In this document: positions 8,687 to 17,537 of the stretch, piece by piece | Numbering within the stretch: the first letter of the stretch is position 1 | Layout of the letters: every line of letters begins with the position of its first letter | Assembly: GCA_031276675.1 (NCBI GenBank) | Contig: JAISMO010000114.1 | Span: forward strand, 301-64,300 | Reading direction: 5' to 3' | DNA: 64,000 bases | Origin: Tannerella sp. | Lineage (GTDB): Bacteria; Bacteroidota; Bacteroidia; Bacteroidales; Tannerellaceae | The notes under the pieces: model-generated | Told to the model about the DNA's origin: nothing | The model's input: the letters and a program-made list of their open reading frames with translations, nothing else | Database searches by the model: none | Position numbers and translations under genes: made by a program

Positions 8687-9634
8687 TTACAGTTCTTTCT
8701 CGATTTTGTATTTGTTGCGTTGCGGCGAATTGCGCGAAATCAGTTCACCAAGAAATCCGGCCAAAAACATTTGTGTTCCCATGACCATTGCCGTCAACGA
8801 AATATAGAAATAGGGCGAAAGGGTCACTAACGGCCGCAAGTCGCCGGCCATCAGGGAAAGCAGTTTCATGACAAGTACGTAAACCAGCGCCACAAAACCG
8901 ATCAGAAACATCGCGCTGCCCCACAGTCCGAAAAAGTGCATCGGTTTCTTTCCGAACTTGGAAGTGAACCACAGGGTGATCAGGTCCAGATAGCCGTTCA
9001 CGAAACGGTTCATTCCGAATTTTGTCTTTCCGTATTTCCGCGCCTGATGCTGTACGACCCTTTCTCCGATTTTGCCGAAACCTGCAATCTTGGCCAGATA
9101 GGGGATGTAGCGGTGCATATCATTATATATTTCAATGTTTTTGACCACTTCGTTGCGGTAGGATTTCAATCCGCAGTTGAAATCGTGCAGGGATACGCCG
9201 GAAAACTTCCGGGCCGTTGCATTGAACAATCGCGTCGGAATGGTTTTCGACAGCGGATCATATCGCTTTTTCTTCCATCCGGATATCATGTCATACCCGT
9301 CTTCTTTGATCATTCGGTACAGTTCGGGTATCTCGTCCGGGCTGTCCTGCAAATCGGCGTCCATCGTAATCACCACATCGCCTTTGGCGCGCTCGAAACC
9401 GCAATGCAAGGCCGGTGATTTTCCGTAATTCCGGCGGAATTTGACGCCTTTTACGTGCGGTGACTGCATGGCCAACTGTTCGATGATTTCCCATGAATCA
9501 TCCGTACTTCCGTCATTTACATATAAAATCTCATAACTGAAATGATTTGCTTCCATCACCCGTTCGATCCAGGCCTGTAATTCGGGGAGCGATTCCGCTT
9601 CATTGTACAAAGGTATTACTACAGAAATATCCAT
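8687..9634 (-). CDS. family 2 glycosyltransferase, GtrB/polyprenol-phosphate hexosyltransferase-like
   Basis: Internal start MDISVVIPLYNEAESL, then YVNDGSTD, DADLQD, and two C-terminal TM segments. The upstream part of the track ORF (to 9811) lies beyond the promoter box at 9656. Confidence 0.9.
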   Translation of the reverse strand: MDISVVIPLYNEAESLPELQAWIERVMEANHFSYEILYVNDGSTDDSWEIIEQLAMQSPHVKGVKFRRNYGKSPALHCGFERAKGDVVITMDADLQDSPDEIPELYRMIKEDGYDMISGWKKKRYDPLSKTIPTRLFNATARKFSGVSLHDFNCGLKSYRNEVVKNIEIYNDMHRYIPYLAKIAGFGKIGERVVQHQARKYGKTKFGMNRFVNGYLDLITLWFTSKFGKKPMHFFGLWGSAMFLIGFVALVYVLVMKLLSLMAGDLRPLVTLSPYFYISLTAMVMGTQMFLAGFLGELISRNSPQRNKYKIEKEL

Positions 9635-9655
9635 CGGTTGTAATGTTTTAATGCA

Positions 9656-9663
9656 CAAAGATA
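9656..9663 (-). promoter_or_regulatory. -7 promoter box (TATCTTTG on minus strand)
   Basis: Plus-strand CAAAGATA, 22 nt upstream of the ATG at 9634. Confidence 0.6.
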
Positions 9664-9737
9664 GAAAAGAATAAGGAATATGAATGCCTTTACCGCCGGT
9701 TTTTGATGTTTGGACCGTATTACCTGAAAACAGATTT

Positions 9738-10026
9738 ATGAGAAAGAGCGTATTATTTTCAGTGTTTCTGGCGACAGTCTGTTCAGCGGCTGTGAGCGCC
9801 CAAAACAACACCTTGACGAACAGGGAAAAGGAGGAAGGATGGAGCTTGCTGTTCTGGCGCCGAACCTCTTCCTGCCGCAGGTTGACCGGCGGTTATGAAA
9901 ATGGCGCCTTTCAGGGCAACAACTGTCGGGCAGCATGGTTTTCTTCACAGAAAGTCCCGGTTCGCCGATGGCGCTTTCATAGTCTGAGCGGGATTTCATG
10001 TGCACCGGCACATCCATCAAAAAACA
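9738..10026 (+). pseudogene. N-terminal remnant of a DUF1080 (3-keto-disaccharide hydrolase-like) secreted protein
   Basis: MRKSVLFSVFLATVCSAAVSAQNNTLTNREKEEGWSLLF is a signal peptide followed by the typical DUF1080 opening (L(T/S)..EK.EGW..LF). After that the reading frame loses all family resemblance and runs into the 21-bp array. Homology is judged from memory of the family. Confidence 0.35.
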
Positions 10027-10250
10027 CGCCGCTCCGGGTTAACTCTGCGCCGCTCCGAGTTAACTCTGCGTGGCTCCGAGTTAACTCTGCGCCGCAAAAA
10101 CTTAACTCTGCGCGACGCAGACTTAACTCTGCGTCGCAAAAACTTAACTCTGCGTCGCTCCGAGTTAACTCGGAGTCACGCAGAGTTAACTCGGAGCGGC
10201 GCAGAGTTAACCCGGAACGATAAAAACTTAAGTCGGAATGGCGCAGGTTG
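10027..10250. repeat. tandem array A: ~10.5 x 21-bp units centred on GTTAAC/CTTAAC
   Basis: Units read in exact 21-nt register. There are six GTTAAC, three CTTAAC and one CTTAAG. It contains a perfect 40-bp inverted repeat (10033..10072 / 10177..10216) and an 18-bp perfect palindrome CTCCGAGTTAACTCGGAG (10158..10175). Confidence 0.95.
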
Positions 10251-10297
10251 AAAAATATTGCGCTCACAGTTAGCCACATACAGTTTCAACAGAAAAA

Positions 10298-10591
10298 TCA
10301 GATGGCTTTTTCTATGTCCCACATAAAGGCGTGCAGTCCCTGCGCCTGGTTTTCCAGGTCCAGGGTACGAAGCTGGGCAAGCAGGTCGTTGGCCCGATCG
10401 TCGGGGACAACGGTCAGCAGGGCTGAGTTCAGCGTTGGCCAGGCGTGGTTGCCGTAGTGCGGTTCGCCCGTGTGGTTGCCGCGTCCCTGCACTTCGTCCC
10501 ACAGGGTGAAGCCGCGGACATTCATCCGGTCGAGCAGGTCAATCAGGCGTTCCTTGAGCGCCTGATTGAAGGGTATGAAGATCGCTTTCAT
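10298..10591 (-). CDS. PG0541-family transporter-associated protein (small PII-like partner of RND pumps)
   Basis: A 97-aa product starting MKAIFIPFNQALKERL. Its start overlaps the RND stop by 4 nt. The track ORF extends spuriously to 11119. Confidence 0.8.
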   Translation of the reverse strand: MKAIFIPFNQALKERLIDLLDRMNVRGFTLWDEVQGRGNHTGEPHYGNHAWPTLNSALLTVVPDDRANDLLAQLRTLDLENQAQGLHAFMWDIEKAI

Positions 10592-13500
10592 TGTTTGGCG
10601 GATTTTTTCAGTTTGCCTTGTTTGAAGAGTTTGCGAATTTTTTTCCGGCGGCGTCGGACGCCGTTGGCGCCGAAGATGGAATACAGCGCCGGGACGTAGA
10701 ACAGGGTCAGCAGCGTGGAGAACGACAGTCCGGCAACGACGGCGATACCCATCGGCTGCCACATTTCCGAACCCGCTCCGCGCGGGATGGCCATCGGGAT
10801 CATGCCCAGTACCGTTGTGGCCGTCGTCATCAGGATCGGACGCAGACGCGAACGTCCTGCCGCAATGATGGCCTTGTCGATGGACATGCCCCGCTCTCGG
10901 TTCAGGTTGGCATAGTCGATAAAGACGATGCCGTTCTTCACCACGATGCCGATGAGCATCACGATACCGATCATGCTCATCAGGCTGACGGGCTTGCCGG
11001 TGAGCATCATGCCCAGCAGTACGCCGGCCAGTCCGAAGGTCAGCGAGAGCACGATGATGAACGGGTAGGTGAGCGATTCGAACTGCGCCGCCATGACGAT
11101 GTACACCAGGATGACGCACAGGATCATCAGCAGTCCCAGGTCGCTGTTACTTTCCTGCTGGTCTTCGTAGGATCCGCCGATGCGGATGCCGATTTCCGCC
11201 GGGAGACGTCCCTCGGCGCGCATGTCGGCAATGGCGCTTTCCGTATCCGCGACCACGTCGCTCAGGGCGGCGTTGTAGAGCGAGCCCTGCACCTTGTTCA
11301 CGCGCTGGCGGTTCTGACGGTCGATCTGGGGGAGCGTATTCCGTTCCACCACCTTGCCCAGCTCGCGGATGCGAATCGGTACGCCCTGTGAGTTGTAGAC
11401 CTGAATGTTCTCGATTTCTTCGATCGACTGGCGGTAGCGCTCGTCGTAGCGCACGACGATGTCATACTCGTCACCGTCTTCGCGGTATTTCGAGGTGTAG
11501 GAGCCGTTGATGCGGTTGCGTACATAGGTCGCAGCCGTGGCGGAGTTCAGTCCGTTCTCGGCCAGTTTCTCGCGGTCGAAGTCCACCTGATATTCGGTGC
11601 GGTAGTCCTGGCGGCTGATGACCAGGTCGCGCAGTCCCCGGACAGCGCCCAGGCGCGTTTTCAGTTCCGCTGCAATGGCGTCGGTCTGCGCCAGGTCGTG
11701 GCCGTAGATTTCCACCTCCATGTCGCTGGCGCCTGCGCCCATCATACCGCCGCTGCCGCCGGGGGTGATGGTGTACTTGTAGAGTTCGGGCATGTGCTCG
11801 AAGTCCTGTCGCAGGCCGTCGGCGATGTCGTAGATGCTGCGGTCGCGCTCGTCGGGTTCGGTGCAGCGCAGGCGGTAGGAAATGAGGTTGGTGGCATTGG
11901 CCTGCATGGCGGCAAAGGTGTTGTCGTCATCCGCCTGTCCCACGTCGAAGGAGCGCGTTTTGACTTCGGGATACTTGGCGCGAATCAGGCTGTCGATGTG
12001 CAGCGCCATGTCGCGCGCCACTTCCATCCGCGTGCCGGTAGGCATGTAGACCTCGGCCGTAATCATGCTGTTGTCGGAGGCGGGCATGAAGTCGAACTTG
12101 AGCAGCCCGACGGCCGGCGCCATGATGAGGAAGAAGGTGGAGAAGCAGACGAGCACCGTTTTCCAGCGGTTCCGGACGCAGCGGTTGACCACGCGGCCGT
12201 AAAAGGCGTCCAGGTTGTCCAGTCCTCTTTTCACCGGCTGATAGAGCCGGTCGAACATCCGCCCCTGCGTGGGGGTGAGCCGCAGCATCTGCGAGCAGAG
12301 CATGGGTGTGAGCGAAAGGGCGACGATGACCGAGACGGTCACCATGATGGTCACCATCCATCCCAGTACGCCGAACATGACGCCGGCCAGTCCGGTGGTC
12401 ATGGTCAGGGTGAAGAAGACGGCGATGATGGTCAGCGTCGAGGCAATCACGGCCACGCCCACTTCGTTGGTTGCGTAGATGGCTGCCTGGCGGGGCGAAC
12501 TGCCGCGTTCGATGTGCCGGGTGACGTTCTCGAGTACGACGATGGCGTCGTCGACCACCAGCCCGATGGCGATGGTCAGGGACGAGAGCGAGATGATGTT
12601 CAGGCTTCCTCCGGTAGCCATCAGGTAGATGAAGGAAGCGATCAGCGAAATCGGGATGGCCAGCACGATGATAATCGTTGCCCGCCAGCGTCCGAGAAAG
12701 AAGAGCACGACGAGCACGACGAAGATGATGGCCAGCAGGATGGTCTCGGTCAGTGAGTCGATGGATTCGCGGATGAAGTCGGACGAGTCCATCAGCAGGG
12801 TCAGCTGCACGTCGGGCGGGAGCGTCTGCTGCAGGCCGGGTATCAGCCGGTTGACCTTGTCGGCAATGGACACGGTATTGGCGCCCGACTGTTTCTGTAC
12901 GATGACGATAGCGCCCTTGACTTCGTTGGTATAGGCTTCCTGGATGCGGCTCTCGATGGTGTCGCTCACGGCAGCTACATCGCGCAGGTAGACGTTGCGC
13001 CCGCCGCGGCTGCCGACGACCACGTTCAGCAACTGTTCGCTGGCCTTGAACTCGCCTTCGATGCGCAGGGCGTAGGTTTCGGTGCCGATGTCGAAGCTGC
13101 CGGCCGGGACGTTCAGGTTTTCGGCCTGGATGATGGAGGCGATTTGTTCGACGGTCAACTGATAAGCCTCGAGTTTTTCGGGGGCGACGTTGACCTGTAT
13201 CTGCCGCTGCGGCGCGCCGGTCACGGTGACGGCGCCCACGCCCTCGACGCGGTTCAGCGGGTTGGCCACCTTCTCGTCCAGGATCTTGTAGAGCGCGTTG
13301 ACGTTCTCGCGCGCCGTGGCCGAATAGATGACCACGGGTATCATGTCCATGCTGAACTTGAAGATAAGCGGGTTGTTGATGGCGTCGGGCAGCGAGGAGC
13401 GTACCATGTCGATTTTGTCGCGCACGTCGTTGGTGGCGGCGTCGATGTCGGTGCCGTAGTTGAACTCGATGGTGACGAGCGACATGTTGTCCTTCGACTG

Positions 13501-13746
13501 CGAGGTGATCTCCTTGAGGTCTTCGACGGTGTTGAGCACGTCTTCCAGCGGCCGCGTGACGTTGGTCTCGATATCCGAGGCGCTGGCGCCGGGGTAGGCC
13601 GTGATGACGGTCAGCATGTTGGACTCGATGTCGGGAAAGAGGTCTATCGGCAGACGGGTAAAGGAGAAGAGGCCGATGATGGCCACGCCGATAAATATCA
13701 GCGCGGTCGTGACGGGTTTCTTGACTGCGGATGCATATAAGCTCAT
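10588..13746 (-). CDS. efflux RND transporter permease subunit (AcrB/HAE family)
   Basis: 1052 aa with 12-TM architecture and typical AcrB blocks (ALIFIGVAIIG, VVDDAIVVLEN, MLIGIVVKNGI). Confidence 0.97.
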   Translation of the reverse strand: MSLYASAVKKPVTTALIFIGVAIIGLFSFTRLPIDLFPDIESNMLTVITAYPGASASDIETNVTRPLEDVLNTVEDLKEITSQSKDNMSLVTIEFNYGTDIDAATNDVRDKIDMVRSSLPDAINNPLIFKFSMDMIPVVIYSATARENVNALYKILDEKVANPLNRVEGVGAVTVTGAPQRQIQVNVAPEKLEAYQLTVEQIASIIQAENLNVPAGSFDIGTETYALRIEGEFKASEQLLNVVVGSRGGRNVYLRDVAAVSDTIESRIQEAYTNEVKGAIVIVQKQSGANTVSIADKVNRLIPGLQQTLPPDVQLTLLMDSSDFIRESIDSLTETILLAIIFVVLVVLFFLGRWRATIIIVLAIPISLIASFIYLMATGGSLNIISLSSLTIAIGLVVDDAIVVLENVTRHIERGSSPRQAAIYATNEVGVAVIASTLTIIAVFFTLTMTTGLAGVMFGVLGWMVTIMVTVSVIVALSLTPMLCSQMLRLTPTQGRMFDRLYQPVKRGLDNLDAFYGRVVNRCVRNRWKTVLVCFSTFFLIMAPAVGLLKFDFMPASDNSMITAEVYMPTGTRMEVARDMALHIDSLIRAKYPEVKTRSFDVGQADDDNTFAAMQANATNLISYRLRCTEPDERDRSIYDIADGLRQDFEHMPELYKYTITPGGSGGMMGAGASDMEVEIYGHDLAQTDAIAAELKTRLGAVRGLRDLVISRQDYRTEYQVDFDREKLAENGLNSATAATYVRNRINGSYTSKYREDGDEYDIVVRYDERYRQSIEEIENIQVYNSQGVPIRIRELGKVVERNTLPQIDRQNRQRVNKVQGSLYNAALSDVVADTESAIADMRAEGRLPAEIGIRIGGSYEDQQESNSDLGLLMILCVILVYIVMAAQFESLTYPFIIVLSLTFGLAGVLLGMMLTGKPVSLMSMIGIVMLIGIVVKNGIVFIDYANLNRERGMSIDKAIIAAGRSRLRPILMTTATTVLGMIPMAIPRGAGSEMWQPMGIAVVAGLSFSTLLTLFYVPALYSIFGANGVRRRRKKIRKLFKQGKLKKSAKQ

Positions 13747-13764
13747 GATGTCTGTCGTTATGAA

Positions 13765-14793
13765 TTATTGAATGACCTGGACAGGGGTGCCGTCAATCAG
13801 GCGGGCATGTCCGGCAGTGACGATTTCATCGCCCGGTTCGATGCCCGAAAGGATTTCAAAGGATTCACCCAGCCGCTGTCCCGGTTCGACACGGCGGTAG
13901 CGGGCCATGCCGTTCTGCACGATGTAGACGTACTTGTCGTTGGCGCCGGCCTGTTTCTGCACGGCGACGTCGGGCACGACGACGCTCTCGCCCGCGCCGA
14001 AGTTGAGCGTCAGACGGGCATACATTCCCGGTCTCACTTTCATGTCGCGGTTGTGGATGGCCACCTCGACGCCGAACGTATGGCTGGCCGCGTCAACGGT
14101 CGGGTAGATGAGGCTGACCTTGCCGGTGAAGACTTCGCTGCCGTAGACGTCGAGCCGGATGTCGACCGGCATCCCGACGCGCACCTTGGTGAAATACGAT
14201 TCCGAGACGTTGATAATCACCTTCAGCAGGTTCAGCTGCTGGACGGTGAGGATGGGTTGCTGGGCAAAGACGTTGCCGTTGTCATAATTGCGTGCCGTGA
14301 CTACGCCGCCAATCGGGCTGCGCAGTTGCGTATTCTCCTCCAGGTTGCGGATGACCGCTTTGAGGACGTCGATTTGCGTCTTGATCTGGTCGACCTGCTG
14401 CTGGGCAATGCCGCCGACTTCGAGCAGCGCGCTGTAGCGTTCGTAGTCGCGTTCGAGATTGGCCAGCTGCGTCGTCTGCTGTTGCAGGTTCGACGATTCC
14501 ATCCGGACGAGCAGCTGGTCTTTTGCAACGCGGTCGCCGATTTCGACGTATATCTTCTCGATACGCCCGGGCATGGTGGGTGTGATGTGATTGATCACGT
14601 CGGCCTGTACGTTGCCGGTGTAGGTCACAACGTCGTTGACGGTCTGCAACTGGGCGACGGTCGTATGCACCTTCACACGCGTATCCGCCGTTGCCGTTTC
14701 GTTTGCCGCCTGCTCCCTGTTGCCGCCGCAGGCGGTCAGCGCGCCGGTGGCCAGGAGGAGTGCGATTCCTTTGAATACATTCTTTCGCTTCAT
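13765..14793 (-). CDS. efflux RND transporter periplasmic adaptor subunit
   Basis: Internal start MKRKNVFKGIALLLATGALTAC (lipoprotein signal), a coiled-coil hairpin region and beta-barrel domains. The track ORF extends to 15180 into tolC. Confidence 0.93.
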   Translation of the reverse strand: MKRKNVFKGIALLLATGALTACGGNREQAANETATADTRVKVHTTVAQLQTVNDVVTYTGNVQADVINHITPTMPGRIEKIYVEIGDRVAKDQLLVRMESSNLQQQTTQLANLERDYERYSALLEVGGIAQQQVDQIKTQIDVLKAVIRNLEENTQLRSPIGGVVTARNYDNGNVFAQQPILTVQQLNLLKVIINVSESYFTKVRVGMPVDIRLDVYGSEVFTGKVSLIYPTVDAASHTFGVEVAIHNRDMKVRPGMYARLTLNFGAGESVVVPDVAVQKQAGANDKYVYIVQNGMARYRRVEPGQRLGESFEILSGIEPGDEIVTAGHARLIDGTPVQVIQ

Positions 14794-14953
14794 GCTTGTA
14801 TAATTATTAATTGTCAGTGATGGATGGAGAAAAACCGTACCCTCCCGAAGTGTGCGGGGCTTCCCCGGCTCCCTGCCGGAGAAAAGCGCTGCTTCGGCGC
14901 AGCGGATTTTCTTCATCGATAGAAATTTATCATTTACCATAATCATTATATCC

Positions 14954-16450
14954 TCATTTTTCGTTCCAGTCTTCGAAGCCGAGCGTTTTATCAAGGTCGG
15001 CTTTGGAGGTGAGGAAGTTGTAGATGGCCTGGTTGAAGGCGAGGCTGGCCTGTGTGAGGCCAAGCTGCGCGTTGTTGAGGTCAAGCAGGGTTCCCATGCC
15101 GGTGTCGTAGAGTTTGCGCGAGATTTCGTAACCTTTCTGCGCCTGCGCCACGACGTCGCGGGTCGAGAGTACCTGTTCAACGTAGTTGGTCATGTTGTTG
15201 ATATTGTTGTTGATCGCCAGGCGAAGGTTGCGCACGACGTCTTCGCGCTGCCACTTCATCTGCTCGAGCGAGACGCGCGTCTGGCGTACGTCGTTGCGTT
15301 TCCTGAAGCCGTCGAAAAGCGGGATGGAGATGCTCAGTCCGATGGTCGAATAGGGGTTCCATCGGTAGTCGCCAAAGCGGAAATCATTGTTCATGGACAT
15401 GTACATGTAATTGCCCGTCAGCGCGATGGTCGGGTAGTACTGAGCCTTGTAGAGTTCGAGCGTTTTGCGGAGCTGCTCGTGCTGAAGGTCGAACTGCCGG
15501 AGGTCGGAGTTGTAAGCCAGCGAAGGGTCAACGGCGAGAATTTCGGCATACAGCCCCTCCTCGTAGTCGAGCAGGCTGCCCTTGACGGCAATGGCCTGAT
15601 CGATGTCGATGCCCATCAGCGCCTTGAGCGAAAGCATGGCGAGGTTGCAGGCATTCTCGGTCTGGATAAGGTCGGGCTTGATGTTTTTGACGTTGACGTC
15701 GGCGCGGATGAGGTCGAACTCGGAGACAAGTCCCTGCTGAAACTTGTCGCGGATGTTGTTATAGCTCAGGATCGCGTTGTTGTAGCTTTCCTGCAGCACG
15801 GCGCGGGCGTCCAGGGCCAGCAGCACGCCGTACCAGGCTTTGCGGACGGCGTTCACCATGTTGATTTTCGACGACCGGGCGCTCTCGACGGCCAGTTCGA
15901 CCTCAAGCCCGGAGATTTCGAGACTCTTCCAGAGCGCCGGCGCCACCACCGGCCAGTTGATGTTCACGCCGCCCGTCCAGTTGTTGTCGCGTCCGACGGC
16001 AATGCCCTCGTCGCCGGACGAAACCGGAGCCGGCGGCGTATTGGCGGCGATGTTCCGGGCAAGCGTGCCGGGAACGTAGCCGGGCGCCGTCTCGGCAAAC
16101 GTCTGTTCGGCTCCCCCCACAAGCGGCGCCATGATGGGGCTGAGCATCTCCTCCATGTTGAACGCGTTGTCCATGTACATGACCTGCTTTTTGAGCGTGC
16201 GGCTGTATTGCCCCACGGCATCAATCTGCGGGTAGAGGGAGGATTCACTCGACTTGCGTGCATACTTTTTCTTCTGTACCTCCAGATCGGCCACTCTGAC
16301 CGACGGGTTTTCGCTCAGCGCGATTTCAATGGCCTGCCCCAGGCGGAGCGCCAGCGTGTCCTGCACGCCTCCGACCGCCTGAAGCGGGACAAAAAGAAAC
16401 AGCCACATGAAGGCTGTCCCTGCCGTTTTCCTGTTTACTAACCGTATCAT
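14954..16450 (-). CDS. TolC family outer membrane efflux protein
   Basis: 498 aa with a signal peptide and two OEP repeats (LSLEQ..., LLDLNNAQL...). First structural gene after tetR. Confidence 0.92.
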   Translation of the reverse strand: MIRLVNRKTAGTAFMWLFLFVPLQAVGGVQDTLALRLGQAIEIALSENPSVRVADLEVQKKKYARKSSESSLYPQIDAVGQYSRTLKKQVMYMDNAFNMEEMLSPIMAPLVGGAEQTFAETAPGYVPGTLARNIAANTPPAPVSSGDEGIAVGRDNNWTGGVNINWPVVAPALWKSLEISGLEVELAVESARSSKINMVNAVRKAWYGVLLALDARAVLQESYNNAILSYNNIRDKFQQGLVSEFDLIRADVNVKNIKPDLIQTENACNLAMLSLKALMGIDIDQAIAVKGSLLDYEEGLYAEILAVDPSLAYNSDLRQFDLQHEQLRKTLELYKAQYYPTIALTGNYMYMSMNNDFRFGDYRWNPYSTIGLSISIPLFDGFRKRNDVRQTRVSLEQMKWQREDVVRNLRLAINNNINNMTNYVEQVLSTRDVVAQAQKGYEISRKLYDTGMGTLLDLNNAQLGLTQASLAFNQAIYNFLTSKADLDKTLGFEDWNEK

Positions 16451-16660
16451 TTCAATCTTACATTAAATTACAGCGGGTTCGCAGACCCGCATTATCCGTT
16501 TATCCCTTTTTGTTTTTTTCCTTTCTTTCTTTCAAAAACCGGTCGCTTCAGGCCGTCTTACACGTTCTTTTTTTACACCCTGTCCATGCGGACAACTGCA
16601 TGCGAAAAACAGTTTATACCTGACGGCGCATCACTCGGCACATCTCGCAGGACACGACGC

Positions 16661-17263
16661 CTACGGCCTGAACTGCTTTTTCACGCTGTAGCGTTCCAGC
16701 AGCTTCCGTCCGGCGTCGGTGCATATTCCGCGGATAAAAACAAGGAAGAGCGTATTGTGCACATCCGTGCGATTATACTTGCAGAACATTCCCGAAGGCT
16801 GTAGCATGTCCATTTGTTCGTGCGCCAGCAGGGCGATGATGTCGAAGTTGATATCGGGGCAGAAAACGCCTTCTCCTACACCCTTTTTCAACAGGCGCAT
16901 CGACATGTCCAGAAAATGCTGCCTGTTGCGCATTATGCATTCGCAGGCTTCCGGATAGCGCCGGATGTCCTGATAGAACTCCTCGCAGAACCGGACAGGC
17001 TGGCTCATCAGCTTCTCGTTGAAAAGAAGGAATATTTCCAGCGCCGTATACGTTTCCTTCGTCAGACGGGAGAGACACTCGCCGGCGCGGATGAAAAAAG
17101 TGTCGAGCATCTGCATGAGCAGCATTTCCTTGTCGTCGAAAAAACCATAGAGGGTACGTTTCGACACACCGGCCTTGCGGGCGATGTCGTCCATACTGAC
17201 CTTCCTGATGCCGCTACGGGCAAAGAGTTCGATCGTTATAGCGATGATATGTTCCTTCAACAT
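16661..17263 (-). CDS. TetR/AcrR family transcriptional regulator
   Basis: Internal start MLKEHIIAITIELFARSGIRKVSMDDIARKAGVSKRTLYGFF is a TetR HTH. The upstream extension of the track ORF crosses the promoter box. Confidence 0.9.
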   Translation of the reverse strand: MLKEHIIAITIELFARSGIRKVSMDDIARKAGVSKRTLYGFFDDKEMLLMQMLDTFFIRAGECLSRLTKETYTALEIFLLFNEKLMSQPVRFCEEFYQDIRRYPEACECIMRNRQHFLDMSMRLLKKGVGEGVFCPDINFDIIALLAHEQMDMLQPSGMFCKYNRTDVHNTLFLVFIRGICTDAGRKLLERYSVKKQFRP

Positions 17264-17268
17264 GCAAT

Positions 17269-17284
17269 CCGTTTCGAAATACGG
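17269..17284. promoter_or_regulatory. candidate TetR operator (near-perfect palindrome)
   Basis: CCGTTTCGAAATACGG equals CCGT-TTCGAA-ACGG with one extra base. It lies between the -7 box and the tetR ATG. Confidence 0.35.
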
Positions 17285-17287
17285 CGG

Positions 17288-17295
17288 CAAAGGTA
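17288..17295 (-). promoter_or_regulatory. -7 promoter box (TACCTTTG on minus strand)
   Basis: Plus-strand CAAAGGTA, 25 nt upstream of the tetR ATG at 17263. Confidence 0.55.
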
Positions 17296-17537
17296 GCGGT
17301 ATAAAGTAAACCGGAAAGGTGTAATCTGTTACATAATTAGTCAAAATCAATTCGGAAACATATTGTAGAGCATCTCTGTCTCCGGCAGGAAGAGGCCAAA
17401 CGGGTACCTTTCAGAGGTTCGCATCCTGACGTCGAAACGCCGTGCAGGAGATGGAAATCAGGAAAAAAACGTCTAACGCCTATATTTGCGCCCAATGACA
17501 TTTCGGCCTCCATGAAGCCTGGACAAATGGTAAATTT

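Noticed and set aside
9684-10279. Three overlapping ORFs through array A (9684..10223 +, 10000..10251 +, 9977..10279 -) as candidate heptad-repeat proteins (LRVNSAP.., ELTLRRS..).
   Set aside because: A 21-bp (7-codon) stop-free, quasi-palindromic repeat is automatically open in several frames on both strands. The peptides are Arg/Ser-rich nonsense, and no promoter or start context supports them beyond the decayed DUF1080 stub.
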